From: an uncultured Prevotella sp.
GTDB taxonomy: Bacteria > Bacteroidota > Bacteroidia > Bacteroidales > Bacteroidaceae
Direction of reading: 5' to 3'
NCBI GenBank assembly: GCA_947164965.1
Contig: CAMUYR010000009.1
Location: forward strand, 8,072 to 72,071
Length of the DNA: 64,000 nucleotides
Shown here: positions 8,695 to 17,907 of the stretch, piece after piece
Layout of the letters: each line of letters opens with the position of its first letter
Position numbering within the stretch: the first letter of the stretch is position 1
Notes under the pieces: model-generated
Told to the model about the DNA's origin: nothing
The model's input: only the letters and a program-made list of their open reading frames with translations
Databases searched by the model: none
Made by a program: the position numbers and the translations under genes

Positions 8695-9450
8695 ATGAAG
8701 GTAGCTATCATACAAAACTGTATTCGTACGAAGCAGCTGGACTGGACGCTCCAGTTTGCCACCGACCTGATTAATCAGCAGCCTGGTGCCGACCTCTACG
8801 TGTTGCCAGAGACTTTTGCCACAGGGTTTATGGTCGAAGGCACTACACAACAGGCACATGTGCAAGGTCCGCAGATCCTCCTTTGGATGCAGCAACAGGC
8901 CCGTCGCCTGAATGCCGCAGTAGCAGGCAGTATCGCCATTTTCGACGATGAAGGACTCTTGCGCAACCGCCTCTTCTTCGTCCGTCCTGATGGCAGCTAT
9001 GATTATTACGACAAGCACCATCTCTTCACCTATGCTGGCGAGACGAAGGATTATGTCGCAGGCCAGCGTCGCGTCGTGGTTGAATGGCGAGGCGTGCGGT
9101 TCCTGCTGCAGGTGTGCTACGATCTTCGTTTCCCTGTTTTCTCGCGCAATCGTGGCGACTACGATGCCGTTATCTATGTGGCCAATTGGCCGCTTAGCCG
9201 TAAGGATGTGTGGCATACGTTGCTCCGTGCACGCGCCTTGGAGAATCAGTGTTTTGTCATAGCGACTAATATCTCTGGCGACGATGCAGGCGTTTGTTAT
9301 CATGCGGGCGACTCTGCCATCATCGATGCCTATGGCCACACCCTTGCCGAGTGTATCACGGGTCGTGTCGAGTCAGCCTCCGCCGAGCTCGATATGGAGT
9401 CGCTGCAGCGCTTCCGCCAGAAGTTTCCCGTCCTCGCTGATGCCGATTGA
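8695..9450 (+). CDS. Nitrilase-superfamily amidohydrolase (YafV/omega-amidase-like)
   Basis: VLPETFATGF, YDKHHLF and VCYDLRFP (Glu-Lys-Cys triad). Confidence 0.85.
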   Translation: MKVAIIQNCIRTKQLDWTLQFATDLINQQPGADLYVLPETFATGFMVEGTTQQAHVQGPQILLWMQQQARRLNAAVAGSIAIFDDEGLLRNRLFFVRPDGSYDYYDKHHLFTYAGETKDYVAGQRRVVVEWRGVRFLLQVCYDLRFPVFSRNRGDYDAVIYVANWPLSRKDVWHTLLRARALENQCFVIATNISGDDAGVCYHAGDSAIIDAYGHTLAECITGRVESASAELDMESLQRFRQKFPVLADAD

Positions 9451-9590
9451 ATCACATACCGTTTTTTTGCCGAATGTCGCAGTTCATGGTATAAAAACGG
9501 GGATTCGTTGAAAAGATTTGGGGAAATGGCGATTTGTGTCTATCTTTGCGCCATGTTAACAAGCTACATGCTATAAAAAGGTAAAAGGAT

Positions 9591-11378
9591 ATGAAAAAGA
9601 TGACAATGGTGATGCTCATGGCATCGATGGTGGGCGCAACAGCCTGTTCGAGTGAAGACCCGATTAATGATTTGTATAACGAGATGGATAATTTCGGCGG
9701 TGGCGGCATGGCTGGCGGCATGGGTTCGGCTACGGCTGGCAGCGGCGAACTGACGACGTTTACGATTGCTCTGGACAAGACGACAGCTGAGCCCAGCAGT
9801 GTGGCAGATGAGTATTTCCCTGACGAGGAGGACTTGCTGGAGAACAACGAGTTTACGACGGAAGTGAACATCGACCTGTCGAACCCAACGGCATCGACGG
9901 AGAACGGTGTGGAGATTACCGTCAACGGCGGACACATCACAGCCAATCACGGATCGACGAAGAAGATATGCTACGTGGTGAGCGGCAAGACGGAGAACGG
10001 CTCGTTTACTGTTGTGGGCGACAAGAAATACGAGGTGAAGCTGAACGGCGTGGACATCACGAATCCGGACAGTGCCGCCCTGAATCTGCTGAGTGGCAAA
10101 CGGGCTTACATCGTGCTGGCTGACGGTACGACGAACAAGCTGGCGGATGGCACCACGTCGCAGAACAACCACAAGGGTGCGCTGTACTGCAAGGGTAAGC
10201 TGCTCTTCAACGGCAACGGGGCACTGGAGGTGTATGGCAACTACGCAAACGCCATTCATACGGCCGACTATATCGTGTTCCGCAAGGGTAATAACATCTA
10301 TGCCAACTCGACCATCAAGAACGGTATCAAGGCCAACGACGGCGTATTCATCAACGGCGGCATCATCAACGTAGAGGTATCGGCAGCAGGTGCCAAGGGT
10401 ATCAACTGCGAGGACGACATCATCATCAACGGAGGACGTACGACGGTGGTGGCCACAGGTAATGGCACTTGGGACTCTGACGATCAGGAGACCAAGGCGG
10501 CTGCCGGCATCAAGGCCGACTCGATCATCACTATCAATGCGGGTGAGGTATACCTGAAGGCTACAGGCAGCGGCGGCAAGGGTCTGAAGGCCGACTGGGA
10601 GGCTTACATCAACGGCGGTAAGCTGCGCGTCATCACGGAAGGCGGTCTCTATTACAGCAACGGATCGTCGGAAAACCACAACTATACGGGGAATACCGAT
10701 AATTTGAACGACGACTACACATCGTCGCCAAAGGGCATCAAGGTAGGTACGAAGAATGTACACGGCGTGCTGGACATCACGGGTGGCGACATCATGGTAC
10801 GCACAAAGGGCACCAACGGCGAGGGTATCGAGTCGAAGGGTACGCTGACCATCACGGACGGCAGAGTCATGGTGGCTGCCTACGACGATGCCATCAACTC
10901 CAGCAGCGACCTGACCATCAGCGGCGGCAACGTCGTGGCAGTAGGCATCAACAACGACGGTCTGGACACCAACGGCAACCTGTACATTAAGGGTGGCACG
11001 CTGATAGCCATGGGTGCTGGAGGTGCTGAGACGGGTATCGACATCGACGAGCAGCACAAGCTCTATATCACCGGTGGTAACATCTTCGGAATAGGTGGAC
11101 GCGTAGACGGCAGCATAGGAAGTACCTCACAGGGTATTGCCACCACCAGCGGATCGGTAGCTGCCAACGCCACAGTGACCGTCAGCAATGGCAGTACGAC
11201 ACTGGCCTCGTTTACCATGCCTCCATACTCTTACAATAACGGCACCATCATGGTGAGTGCGCCAGGCATGAGCAGCGGCAACAGCTATACGCTGAAGCTG
11301 GGCTCTACGTCGCAAAGCATCACAGCATCGAACAGCATCAACAGCTCGATGGGAGGCGGTCCTGGCGGACGCAGATAA
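9591..11378 (+). CDS. Carbohydrate-binding lipoprotein, DUF4353/Cthe_2159 family
   Basis: Lipobox ATA-C; repeated beta-helix motifs (GIKAND...INGG, DDAINS, DGLDTNGNLYIKGG); promoter TATCTTTG at 9541. Confidence 0.8.
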   Translation: MKKMTMVMLMASMVGATACSSEDPINDLYNEMDNFGGGGMAGGMGSATAGSGELTTFTIALDKTTAEPSSVADEYFPDEEDLLENNEFTTEVNIDLSNPTASTENGVEITVNGGHITANHGSTKKICYVVSGKTENGSFTVVGDKKYEVKLNGVDITNPDSAALNLLSGKRAYIVLADGTTNKLADGTTSQNNHKGALYCKGKLLFNGNGALEVYGNYANAIHTADYIVFRKGNNIYANSTIKNGIKANDGVFINGGIINVEVSAAGAKGINCEDDIIINGGRTTVVATGNGTWDSDDQETKAAAGIKADSIITINAGEVYLKATGSGGKGLKADWEAYINGGKLRVITEGGLYYSNGSSENHNYTGNTDNLNDDYTSSPKGIKVGTKNVHGVLDITGGDIMVRTKGTNGEGIESKGTLTITDGRVMVAAYDDAINSSSDLTISGGNVVAVGINNDGLDTNGNLYIKGGTLIAMGAGGAETGIDIDEQHKLYITGGNIFGIGGRVDGSIGSTSQGIATTSGSVAANATVTVSNGSTTLASFTMPPYSYNNGTIMVSAPGMSSGNSYTLKLGSTSQSITASNSINSSMGGGPGGRR

Positions 11379-11394
11379 AAAGCGAAGAAATAGC

Positions 11395-11433
11395 AAATAT
11401 CCGGGCTTACATTTGGTGAGTCCGGATATTTTT
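11395..11433 (+). terminator. Intrinsic terminator
   Basis: AAATATCCGGGCTTAC-loop-GTGAGTCCGGATATTTTT. Confidence 0.75.
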
Positions 11434-11480
11434 CTTATCTTTGCAGCACAATAACGAACAAACTTTATTCTACAAACGAT

Positions 11481-12920
11481 ATGAAACAGATTATAGCTAT
11501 TTTAAGTTTCCTGCTTATCCCGATGTGTGCGTCGGCTCAAACACCTGCAGAGCTTTTTACGAAAGGTTTATCTGCATTTAACACTAAGGATTATGACAAT
11601 GCGCTCAAACTATATGAGCAGGCAGCATTTCAAGGACACGCTGGTGCACAATGCAATCTCGGGTTTATGTATGCAAACGGCAAAGGCGTAAAGAGAGACT
11701 ATAAGAAGGCTATGGACTGGTATATGGAAGCTGCAAATCAAGGCAATACCATAGCCCAATTTAACCTTGCTACGATGTATAATACAGGCAAGGGATGCAA
11801 GGTGGATTATAGCCAAGCCTACCTGTGGTTTCTGAAGGCTGCACAGCAGGGACATGATGGCGCGCAGACGAATCTTGGATATATGTATGAGAAAGGACGT
11901 GGCGTCAACAAGAACCTGAGCAAATCACTGGAATGGTATATGAAAGCTGCAGCGCAGGGTAATGAGCAGGCAGCAAACTGCGTGACGATATTAAGGAACA
12001 AGAATCCCTATCTGAATGAAAACGCGAATGCTGCCAGTCAGCCTCAGGTGGCCTATGCACAGCAACAAGCCCCAGTTCAGAATGTCCAGCCGCAGGCTCC
12101 TGCACCTGTTACCCAGCCTGTTGCTCCGATGAAGAACAGGGATATCATCGACACTGAGATCCCAACTGTCAAGGACGTCAACAGCACTACCTTTGCCATC
12201 ATCATTGCCAACGAAGACTACCAGAAGGAAACAAAGGTCGACTATGCGCTGAACGACGGTGATATATTCAAGACCTATTGCCACAAGACCTTAGGTCTGC
12301 CTGAGAAGAATATCCATTATGTCCCCAATTCTACGCTCAACAATCTTATTGATGAACTAGAATGGCTCAGACAGGTATGCGAGGCTTTCAATGGCGAGGC
12401 AAGTTTGATATTCTATTATGCAGGTCATGGTGTACCCGACGAAAAGTCTGGCTCTGCTTATCTGCTGCCTACCGATGGTAACAGCCGCATCATGCGTACC
12501 TGTTTCAACATGAATGAGCTTTATGAGACCCTGGGAAAAATGCCTGCCAAGAAAGTGACGGTATTCATGGATGCCTGCTTCTCGGGCAGTCAGCGAAGCG
12601 GTGAGATGCTAGCAGCAGCCCGTGGTGTGGCTATCAAGGCTAAACCTGCCGCACCCAAGGGTAACATGGTGGTTTTGACAGCAGCACAAGGCGACGAGAC
12701 GGCCTATAAATACGAAAAAGGTCAGCATGGTCTGTTCACCTATTTCCTCCTGAAGAAACTGAAAGAAACCAAAGGAAATGTGACGTTCGGCGAATTGAGC
12801 GAATATATTGAAACTGAAGTGAAACGTTTCTCTATCGTAGAAAACGGCAAGAGCCAGACACCGAGTGTCATGACATCAGGTAATCTTTCCGATAATTGGA
12901 AGAACATCAAGTTTAATTAA
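11481..12920 (+). CDS. Secreted Sel1-repeat + caspase-like (peptidase C14) protein
   Basis: Signal peptide ASA-Q; about 4 Sel1 repeats; Q/P linker; YYAGHG and FMDACFSG dyad. Confidence 0.85.
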   Translation: MKQIIAILSFLLIPMCASAQTPAELFTKGLSAFNTKDYDNALKLYEQAAFQGHAGAQCNLGFMYANGKGVKRDYKKAMDWYMEAANQGNTIAQFNLATMYNTGKGCKVDYSQAYLWFLKAAQQGHDGAQTNLGYMYEKGRGVNKNLSKSLEWYMKAAAQGNEQAANCVTILRNKNPYLNENANAASQPQVAYAQQQAPVQNVQPQAPAPVTQPVAPMKNRDIIDTEIPTVKDVNSTTFAIIIANEDYQKETKVDYALNDGDIFKTYCHKTLGLPEKNIHYVPNSTLNNLIDELEWLRQVCEAFNGEASLIFYYAGHGVPDEKSGSAYLLPTDGNSRIMRTCFNMNELYETLGKMPAKKVTVFMDACFSGSQRSGEMLAAARGVAIKAKPAAPKGNMVVLTAAQGDETAYKYEKGQHGLFTYFLLKKLKETKGNVTFGELSEYIETEVKRFSIVENGKSQTPSVMTSGNLSDNWKNIKFN

Positions 12921-12943
12921 GTGGTTAGAAGCAATCCTGACTC

Positions 12944-13318
12944 ATGAAGCGGAAGGTGCTGTTCATTTTCGCTATCGTTGTGGTGATAGTCCTGGCTACA
13001 CTGGCTATGACGAAACCAGATAGGGCTGCTCATTATGAAGCAGTGAAGGCGATGGCGTTGAAAACGGTAGACCACGAACTGTCTAAGAATCCGCAGACCG
13101 CTGAATATGCGGCAATAGGTACGGCGAAAGCGCTGAACATGATAGACGAATATCTGCAGAGAAATCTTTTGGTATACGAGCATACATTTTATTCATCTGG
13201 AGTACTGATTTACAACGATAGGTTTATCCCCATCTCGGTTGGCGTCTTTAACAAGGTCTATCTCACCGTCGGTGAAGAGGACGTCAAGCGAGTGGTGGAA
13301 ATTCCGGATCCCTTTTAA
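12944..13318 (+). CDS. DUF4359-like membrane-anchored protein
   Basis: N-terminal TM followed by MTKPD..AHYEAV. Confidence 0.55.
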   Translation: MKRKVLFIFAIVVVIVLATLAMTKPDRAAHYEAVKAMALKTVDHELSKNPQTAEYAAIGTAKALNMIDEYLQRNLLVYEHTFYSSGVLIYNDRFIPISVGVFNKVYLTVGEEDVKRVVEIPDPF

Positions 13319-13357
13319 GCTTTTAATTAAGCTAGTTTTACTAAAAACTATCCGAAA

Positions 13358-13423
13358 ATGAAAACAAGACAATTATTCTTAATAGTGTTCCTTTCCATTT
13401 GGAAAATAACCTTGGGTTATTGA
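13358..13423 (+). other. Small hydrophobic ORF MKTRQLFLIVFLSIWKITLGY (peptide or gene remnant)
   Basis: ATG after an A-rich leader; signal-peptide-like 21 codons. Confidence 0.3.
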
Positions 13424-13463
13424 TTGATAAGCGGCACTTACTGAAAAATTTTATTTTTGCGAT

Positions 13464-13552
13464 TTATCTGCCATACTGCCACCAGCTCTCTGAATTGCTT
13501 TTGTACAAAGGGGTTGTCTGGTGGTGGCAGATTTGAAATTGATGGCAGATAA
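13464..13552. repeat. Nested inverted repeat
   Basis: TTATCTGCCAT/ATGGCAGATAA outer arms, CTGCCACCA/TGGTGGCAG inner arms, central TTTGTACAAA. Confidence 0.75.
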
Positions 13553-13726
13553 GGCTTCTTTTGGTGGTTTTAAAGGCTAATATGTGGTATTCTGAAGGCT
13601 ATTTTGCCTCGTTCTAAAGGCTGTTTTTGGTCATTTTGAAGGCTACTACGGGTTGTTCCAAAGCCTTCTTAGGGTCATTCTAAAGGTTTCTATGGGTCGT
13701 GCTAAAGGCTACGATGGGGCATAGAG
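13551..13726. repeat. Degenerate 22-bp tandem array (AAGGCT-anchored), 8 units
   Basis: AAG(G/C) anchors at 13551, 13573, 13595, 13617, 13639, 13661, 13683 and 13705. Confidence 0.85.
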
Positions 13727-13809
13727 AGCTTTACCATCAGGCAAAGGAAACTTCAGGATGAGGCATCATGTATGTTTATACACATATAGAAACGACGTAG
13801 CAAGCGGGG

Positions 13810-13875
13810 AGTTTGAAGTAAGCAAACTAGGAGTTTAGTTACGGCAAACTGCCAGTTTAGTGCCGGTAAACTCTG
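13810..13875. repeat. 22-bp palindromic-unit array AGTTT-N9-AAACT x3
   Basis: AGTTT at 13810, 13832 and 13854; same family as the array at 63386. Confidence 0.85.
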
Positions 13876-13930
13876 AAGGGGTAGAGAAATCGAGTATTTA
13901 TGCATTTCCTGCATGGATATGCAAGAGCGC

Positions 13931-14012
13931 AATGGAATTGCTTCCATCAATAGGTGCAATTGCTAGATTTAATGGTAACAATTGCTACCATTAATGGAAA
14001 CAATTATCAGAT
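13931..14012. repeat. 22-bp palindromic-unit array (AATGGTAACAATTGCTACCATT), about 3.5 units
   Basis: CAATT at 13957, 13979 and 14001. Confidence 0.75.
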
Positions 14013-14033
14013 TATCGAAAAAAGGCGCATTCG

Positions 14034-14315
14034 AAAATATCCCTCCCTTCCTCCCGTAACCCATCGCAAATGCCGATAAATAAAGGGATGAAGACACGGG
14101 AGGGATAAGCAATGCCCCTCCCGTCTCCCTCCCGTTTTTATCAAAACGGCCTCCCAGCAAAAAATGTCAACACTCGTTAGGAATAGCAGAAAAAGTGAGT
14201 GAATGAGACCTCAAAGGGAGGGTAACGGGAGGGTGAAAAGATATCCCTCCCGTGCTTTAAATGCCCTGTACATAAGGGGTTGAGGCCTGTGACGGGAGGA
14301 AGGGAGGGATGTTTT
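14034..14315. mobile_element. MITE-like non-coding element with 27-bp terminal inverted repeats
   Basis: AAAATATCCCTCCCTTCCTCCCGTAAC versus the reverse complement of the right end AAAACATCCCTCCCTTCCTCCCGTCAC; internal CCCTCCCGT/ACGGGAGGG pairs. Confidence 0.6.
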
Positions 14316-14323
14316 GAGAATCT

Positions 14324-14482
14324 CTATTTCTTGTAATTCAGCGCAGCACCAATGGCTGTACAGAACTCGACATGTTTGGGGATATGGAAATGGACACCGT
14401 ATAGTTTCTCCAACATGGGGTAGACGTCCTTGCACTGGGGAAGGAGCGTCAGGTTGCCAATGAGCACGAAGTCCTCAGCAAA
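14324..14482 (-). pseudogene. 3' remnant of a type II pantothenate kinase-like gene
   Basis: Reads FAEDFVLIGNLTLLPQCKDVYPMLEKLYGVHFHIPKHVEFCTAIGAALNYKK*; no own start; a GGGACAGTCC element sits at the breakpoint. Confidence 0.6.
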
Positions 14483-14515
14483 AGTGGACTGTCCCGCTGT
14501 GTCCGTTCGGTGGGC

Positions 14516-15007
14516 TCATTCTATCTCCATTTGTCCGTTATAGCTGATTGGTTCCCGCTCTCTGGCCATGACGTCGACACTCGTCTTGCCATTCGAGAAG
14601 ATGTCGAGGGTATAAGTCAGGATATCCTCTTCGTTGTCCACCTTGATAATCACCTGCGTACGGCCCTTGCTGTCCTTAGCAGCCTGATAGTCACGGATTG
14701 GTGCCGCGAAGTTTAGACCCTTACCGCCGCCATACGGCACGTTATAGGCTCTGCCGAAGTAGGGCAGGTAGGAAATAAGTGTGTCGCCCTTCACCTGCAC
14801 AGAGTAATCTGACGACACATGCACCGCTCTGCCCCGTCGCGGAAACATCATGTCTACGTTGATGGTGTACTGCCGTTCAGCCAGTGCCGTCTCCACTTTC
14901 TGTGCCAGTCTCGCCTCCCGTTCTGCCCGTTCTGCGCTCGACAGTGAGCTGCAGGCAGTAAAAAAGCCCACCATTGTGATCAGAGTTATTATTACCTTAT
15001 TTCTCAT
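14516..15007 (-). CDS. DUF4251 lipoprotein
   Basis: Lipobox FTA-C; SYLPYFGRAYNVPYGGGKGLNF. Confidence 0.8.
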   Translation of the reverse strand: MRNKVIITLITMVGFFTACSSLSSAERAEREARLAQKVETALAERQYTINVDMMFPRRGRAVHVSSDYSVQVKGDTLISYLPYFGRAYNVPYGGGKGLNFAAPIRDYQAAKDSKGRTQVIIKVDNEEDILTYTLDIFSNGKTSVDVMAREREPISYNGQMEIE

Positions 15008-15179
15008 ATTTAAATGCCAATGTCTTCATCTGACCGCTTAATTAACTTGATGCTGCAAAGATAAAAAAAATGACTGGACTCGCCAAATGTGGGTCCGACT
15101 TTTTTTGCTTTTCTTTTGGCGGTTTACAAATAATTCATTACTTTTGCGCCCGAAATGATGACCAAATGATTTAGAAACA

Positions 15180-15815
15180 ATGAAAAAGATTTTGACTTTG
15201 ATAATGGCTGCGGCTCTTGCCCTGCCAACATTCGCACAGTTTGAAAACACCGGTAAGCGCAACCGCTTTAACCATAACAATACTGAACAGTATTACGGAC
15301 TGAGGCTCGGTTTGAACATTGCCGCGCTGTCGAGCGACGCCGTAGAGCTGGACCTTGGCAGCCGCACGGGTATCAGCGTGGGTGCCGTGTATGGCATCCA
15401 GCTGGCTAATTCGGCTCCTGTATGGTTGGAGACTGGTCTGTTCTATTCGGAGAAGGGTGGTAAGGAGACGATCCAGGGCATCAAGTATAGCGCACGTCTG
15501 TCGTACTTCCAGGTGCCGGTAGTCTGCAAATACGCTATCGATATTGCCGACGACTTCTTTCTGACGCCGTTCTTTGGCGGCTATATGGCCTTGGGTGCGT
15601 TCGGAAAGATTAAGGACTACGGCCTGCGCACGTCGGAGAGCTCGTGGGACACCTTCAACCGCTTTGATGCCGGTCTGCGTCTGGGTTGCGGCTTCGAGTA
15701 CGATATGGTGTATGCTGAAATAGGTTACGATTGGGGTCTGACCAATATCAGCAAGAGCGATTTTGATGCTACCCACACTCGTAACCTATTTATCAACGTC
15801 GGCGTAAACTTCTAA
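15180..15815 (+). CDS. Outer-membrane beta-barrel (porin family)
   Basis: Signal TFA-Q; YYGLRLGLN, FQVPV, terminal GVNF. Confidence 0.8.
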   Translation: MKKILTLIMAAALALPTFAQFENTGKRNRFNHNNTEQYYGLRLGLNIAALSSDAVELDLGSRTGISVGAVYGIQLANSAPVWLETGLFYSEKGGKETIQGIKYSARLSYFQVPVVCKYAIDIADDFFLTPFFGGYMALGAFGKIKDYGLRTSESSWDTFNRFDAGLRLGCGFEYDMVYAEIGYDWGLTNISKSDFDATHTRNLFINVGVNF

Positions 15816-15825
15816 AAGAAACGGC

Positions 15826-17898
15826 TTATTGCCACAGCTTGATGACTCCTCCGACGACAAGCATGCGTCCGGGGGAGTAAAGGGCGTATTTGCGAGTAGA
15901 CGAGTCTATCCGCCTGTCGACCTTATCGAAGATGTTGTCGATACCGATGACGGGCTTGAACACAACCCATCGGCCACACTGGATGGTGTGGGTGGTATGC
16001 AGGTTCCAGACGCCGAAGCCCGGGGCATCCTCGTAGTCGGGATAGTAGGTCTTCGACTGCAGACGTCCGTTCAGATTGACATTCAGCGCATAGCGACCCC
16101 AAGAGTGATGATAGTTGGCGGCGATGGTGGCGGCATGACGGATGCTGCGCTCCAGTAGCGTCCACTCGTCGCCACTCTTGGTGCGGGCATAGGTGTAGAC
16201 GTAGTTGGCAGAGAGGTTGAAGCCTGGGAAGATGTTGGCTGACACATTGAGCTGCAGGCCTTTGACGTCGCCCTTGTCGCTGTTCTGATAGAGCGCATAG
16301 CTCACCATCTTGCTGGCCTGATCCTGCGTCATCTCAGGGAATTCTTGCATGAGCATCGTCCGGCTGGCATCGTCGATACTGATATTCTGTTTGATGACCA
16401 TATCGTTGATGCGGTTCAGATAGCCCGTCACGCTCACAGCGATCACCTCGTCGCGATATTCGGCGTTCAGCGAGAAGTAGTTGCTCTTCTCAGGTTTCAG
16501 ATTCTTATTGCCAAAACTGATTTGTGCCTTACCGCGATTCACGCTGAAGTAGTGATAGTATAACTCATCAAGACCTGGGGCGCGGAATCCGGCAGAGTAG
16601 GTGGCACGGAAACGGAAATTGCCTGGGGCATACATCAGCGTCACCTTAGGCGTCAGGTGGTTGTTGAACGTCTCGTGGTGCGTCAGACGGAGACCGAGGG
16701 TGGCTGTGAAGTCCTTGAACAGCTTCTGCTCGTGCTGGGCATAGGCTGCAAGCGAATAGACGTGCTGATTGATATTTCCGCTGGTTGCCGTCAGATAGTC
16801 CTTACGCCAGTCGGCACCAAAGATGGTGGTAGAATGGCCTGTCAGTCCGAGGATGGCCTTCAGTTCGCCGTCCATAGAGCGCTGCTTCTTCGACTGGACA
16901 TAATCGCCAATGGCATTGCTCTTAGTTTCTACATCGTATTCCTTGCCATAGCGGAAACGGTCGACGGTGAAGTCGGCCTGCAACGAATTCTTGCTGTTGA
17001 ATTTATAGATGCCGCCCAGGTTCCAGCGGAATCCCTTATAGCGCATCTCGTAGTCGGTACCGCCTGTGACGTCGTTTCTGGTCTCAGGGCGGTCGGTTAT
17101 CTTATATGAATAGTCTAAGCCTGCATTGAGTGCAATGTGTTGGTTGGGGGTATAGGTGAATTTCTGTCCGATAATGTTTGAACGATAGCCTGTAAAGAAA
17201 GGGGCTATGGTCTGTTGTGTCTCTGTGTCGGAGCCTTTCTTATACTCTAAATCGGTGGTCTGATAGCTGTCGGCACGGTCGTGGGTAAACGACGTGTAGG
17301 AGCCGAAGCCATTCTTATAGATGTCGAGCGTGACGGCCTCTGTCAGCACGCCGTGACCGCTCACCTTGGTGTCGCTGGTAACGCTGACGAGATTCTGTGT
17401 AGGCTGGTCGGTGATGATGTTGATGACACCCGCAATGGCATCCGATCCATAGAGCGATGACGCTGCCCCATCGAGCACCTCGATACGCTTGACGCGCGAC
17501 ATGTTGATGCGGTTGAGGTCGACATTGTTGGAGATGTCGCCAGTGAGTTTCTGACCATTGATCAGAATAAGGATATACTTGTTGCCCAATCCGTTCAGAC
17601 GCAGGAAGGTACCCATGGAGTTGGGCGCCATAGAGGCCTGTGGCATCATGCGTGTCAAGGCGGCATCGAAGGTTGCTATGCCCTGTTCGCTGATTTCCTG
17701 CGAAGAAAGTACACGGACGGGTGTGGCGGTCGACTTGAGACGCTGGTGATGGCCTGAGCCGGTGACTACCACTGGGTTGAGATTATACGTGCGACTGGTC
17801 ATCGACGAGTCGCGATGTTCCATTTGATGGATTTGGGAAAAAGCGGCACCCCCCGAGAGGAGTGCCACTGCTAATACAATTAGCTTTAAATAACGCAT
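15826..17898 (-). CDS. TonB-dependent receptor (second in the riboswitch operon)
   Basis: VVVTGS TonB-box region; RIEVLDGAASSLYGSDAIAGVINIIT plug; NLKPEKS. Confidence 0.9.
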   Translation of the reverse strand: MRYLKLIVLAVALLSGGAAFSQIHQMEHRDSSMTSRTYNLNPVVVTGSGHHQRLKSTATPVRVLSSQEISEQGIATFDAALTRMMPQASMAPNSMGTFLRLNGLGNKYILILINGQKLTGDISNNVDLNRINMSRVKRIEVLDGAASSLYGSDAIAGVINIITDQPTQNLVSVTSDTKVSGHGVLTEAVTLDIYKNGFGSYTSFTHDRADSYQTTDLEYKKGSDTETQQTIAPFFTGYRSNIIGQKFTYTPNQHIALNAGLDYSYKITDRPETRNDVTGGTDYEMRYKGFRWNLGGIYKFNSKNSLQADFTVDRFRYGKEYDVETKSNAIGDYVQSKKQRSMDGELKAILGLTGHSTTIFGADWRKDYLTATSGNINQHVYSLAAYAQHEQKLFKDFTATLGLRLTHHETFNNHLTPKVTLMYAPGNFRFRATYSAGFRAPGLDELYYHYFSVNRGKAQISFGNKNLKPEKSNYFSLNAEYRDEVIAVSVTGYLNRINDMVIKQNISIDDASRTMLMQEFPEMTQDQASKMVSYALYQNSDKGDVKGLQLNVSANIFPGFNLSANYVYTYARTKSGDEWTLLERSIRHAATIAANYHHSWGRYALNVNLNGRLQSKTYYPDYEDAPGFGVWNLHTTHTIQCGRWVVFKPVIGIDNIFDKVDRRIDSSTRKYALYSPGRMLVVGGVIKLWQ

Positions 17899-17907
17899 GA
17901 GAGAGGG

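Noticed and set aside
9564-11057. 497-aa antisense ORF and similar long shadow ORFs (8422-9339, 19121-20110, 48228-49148, 54472-55377)
   Set aside because: They lie opposite well-supported genes, have no recognisable motifs, and are expected from codon bias.
13551-14012. 22-bp arrays as a CRISPR array
   Set aside because: Units are contiguous and degenerate, with no unique spacers and no cas genes.
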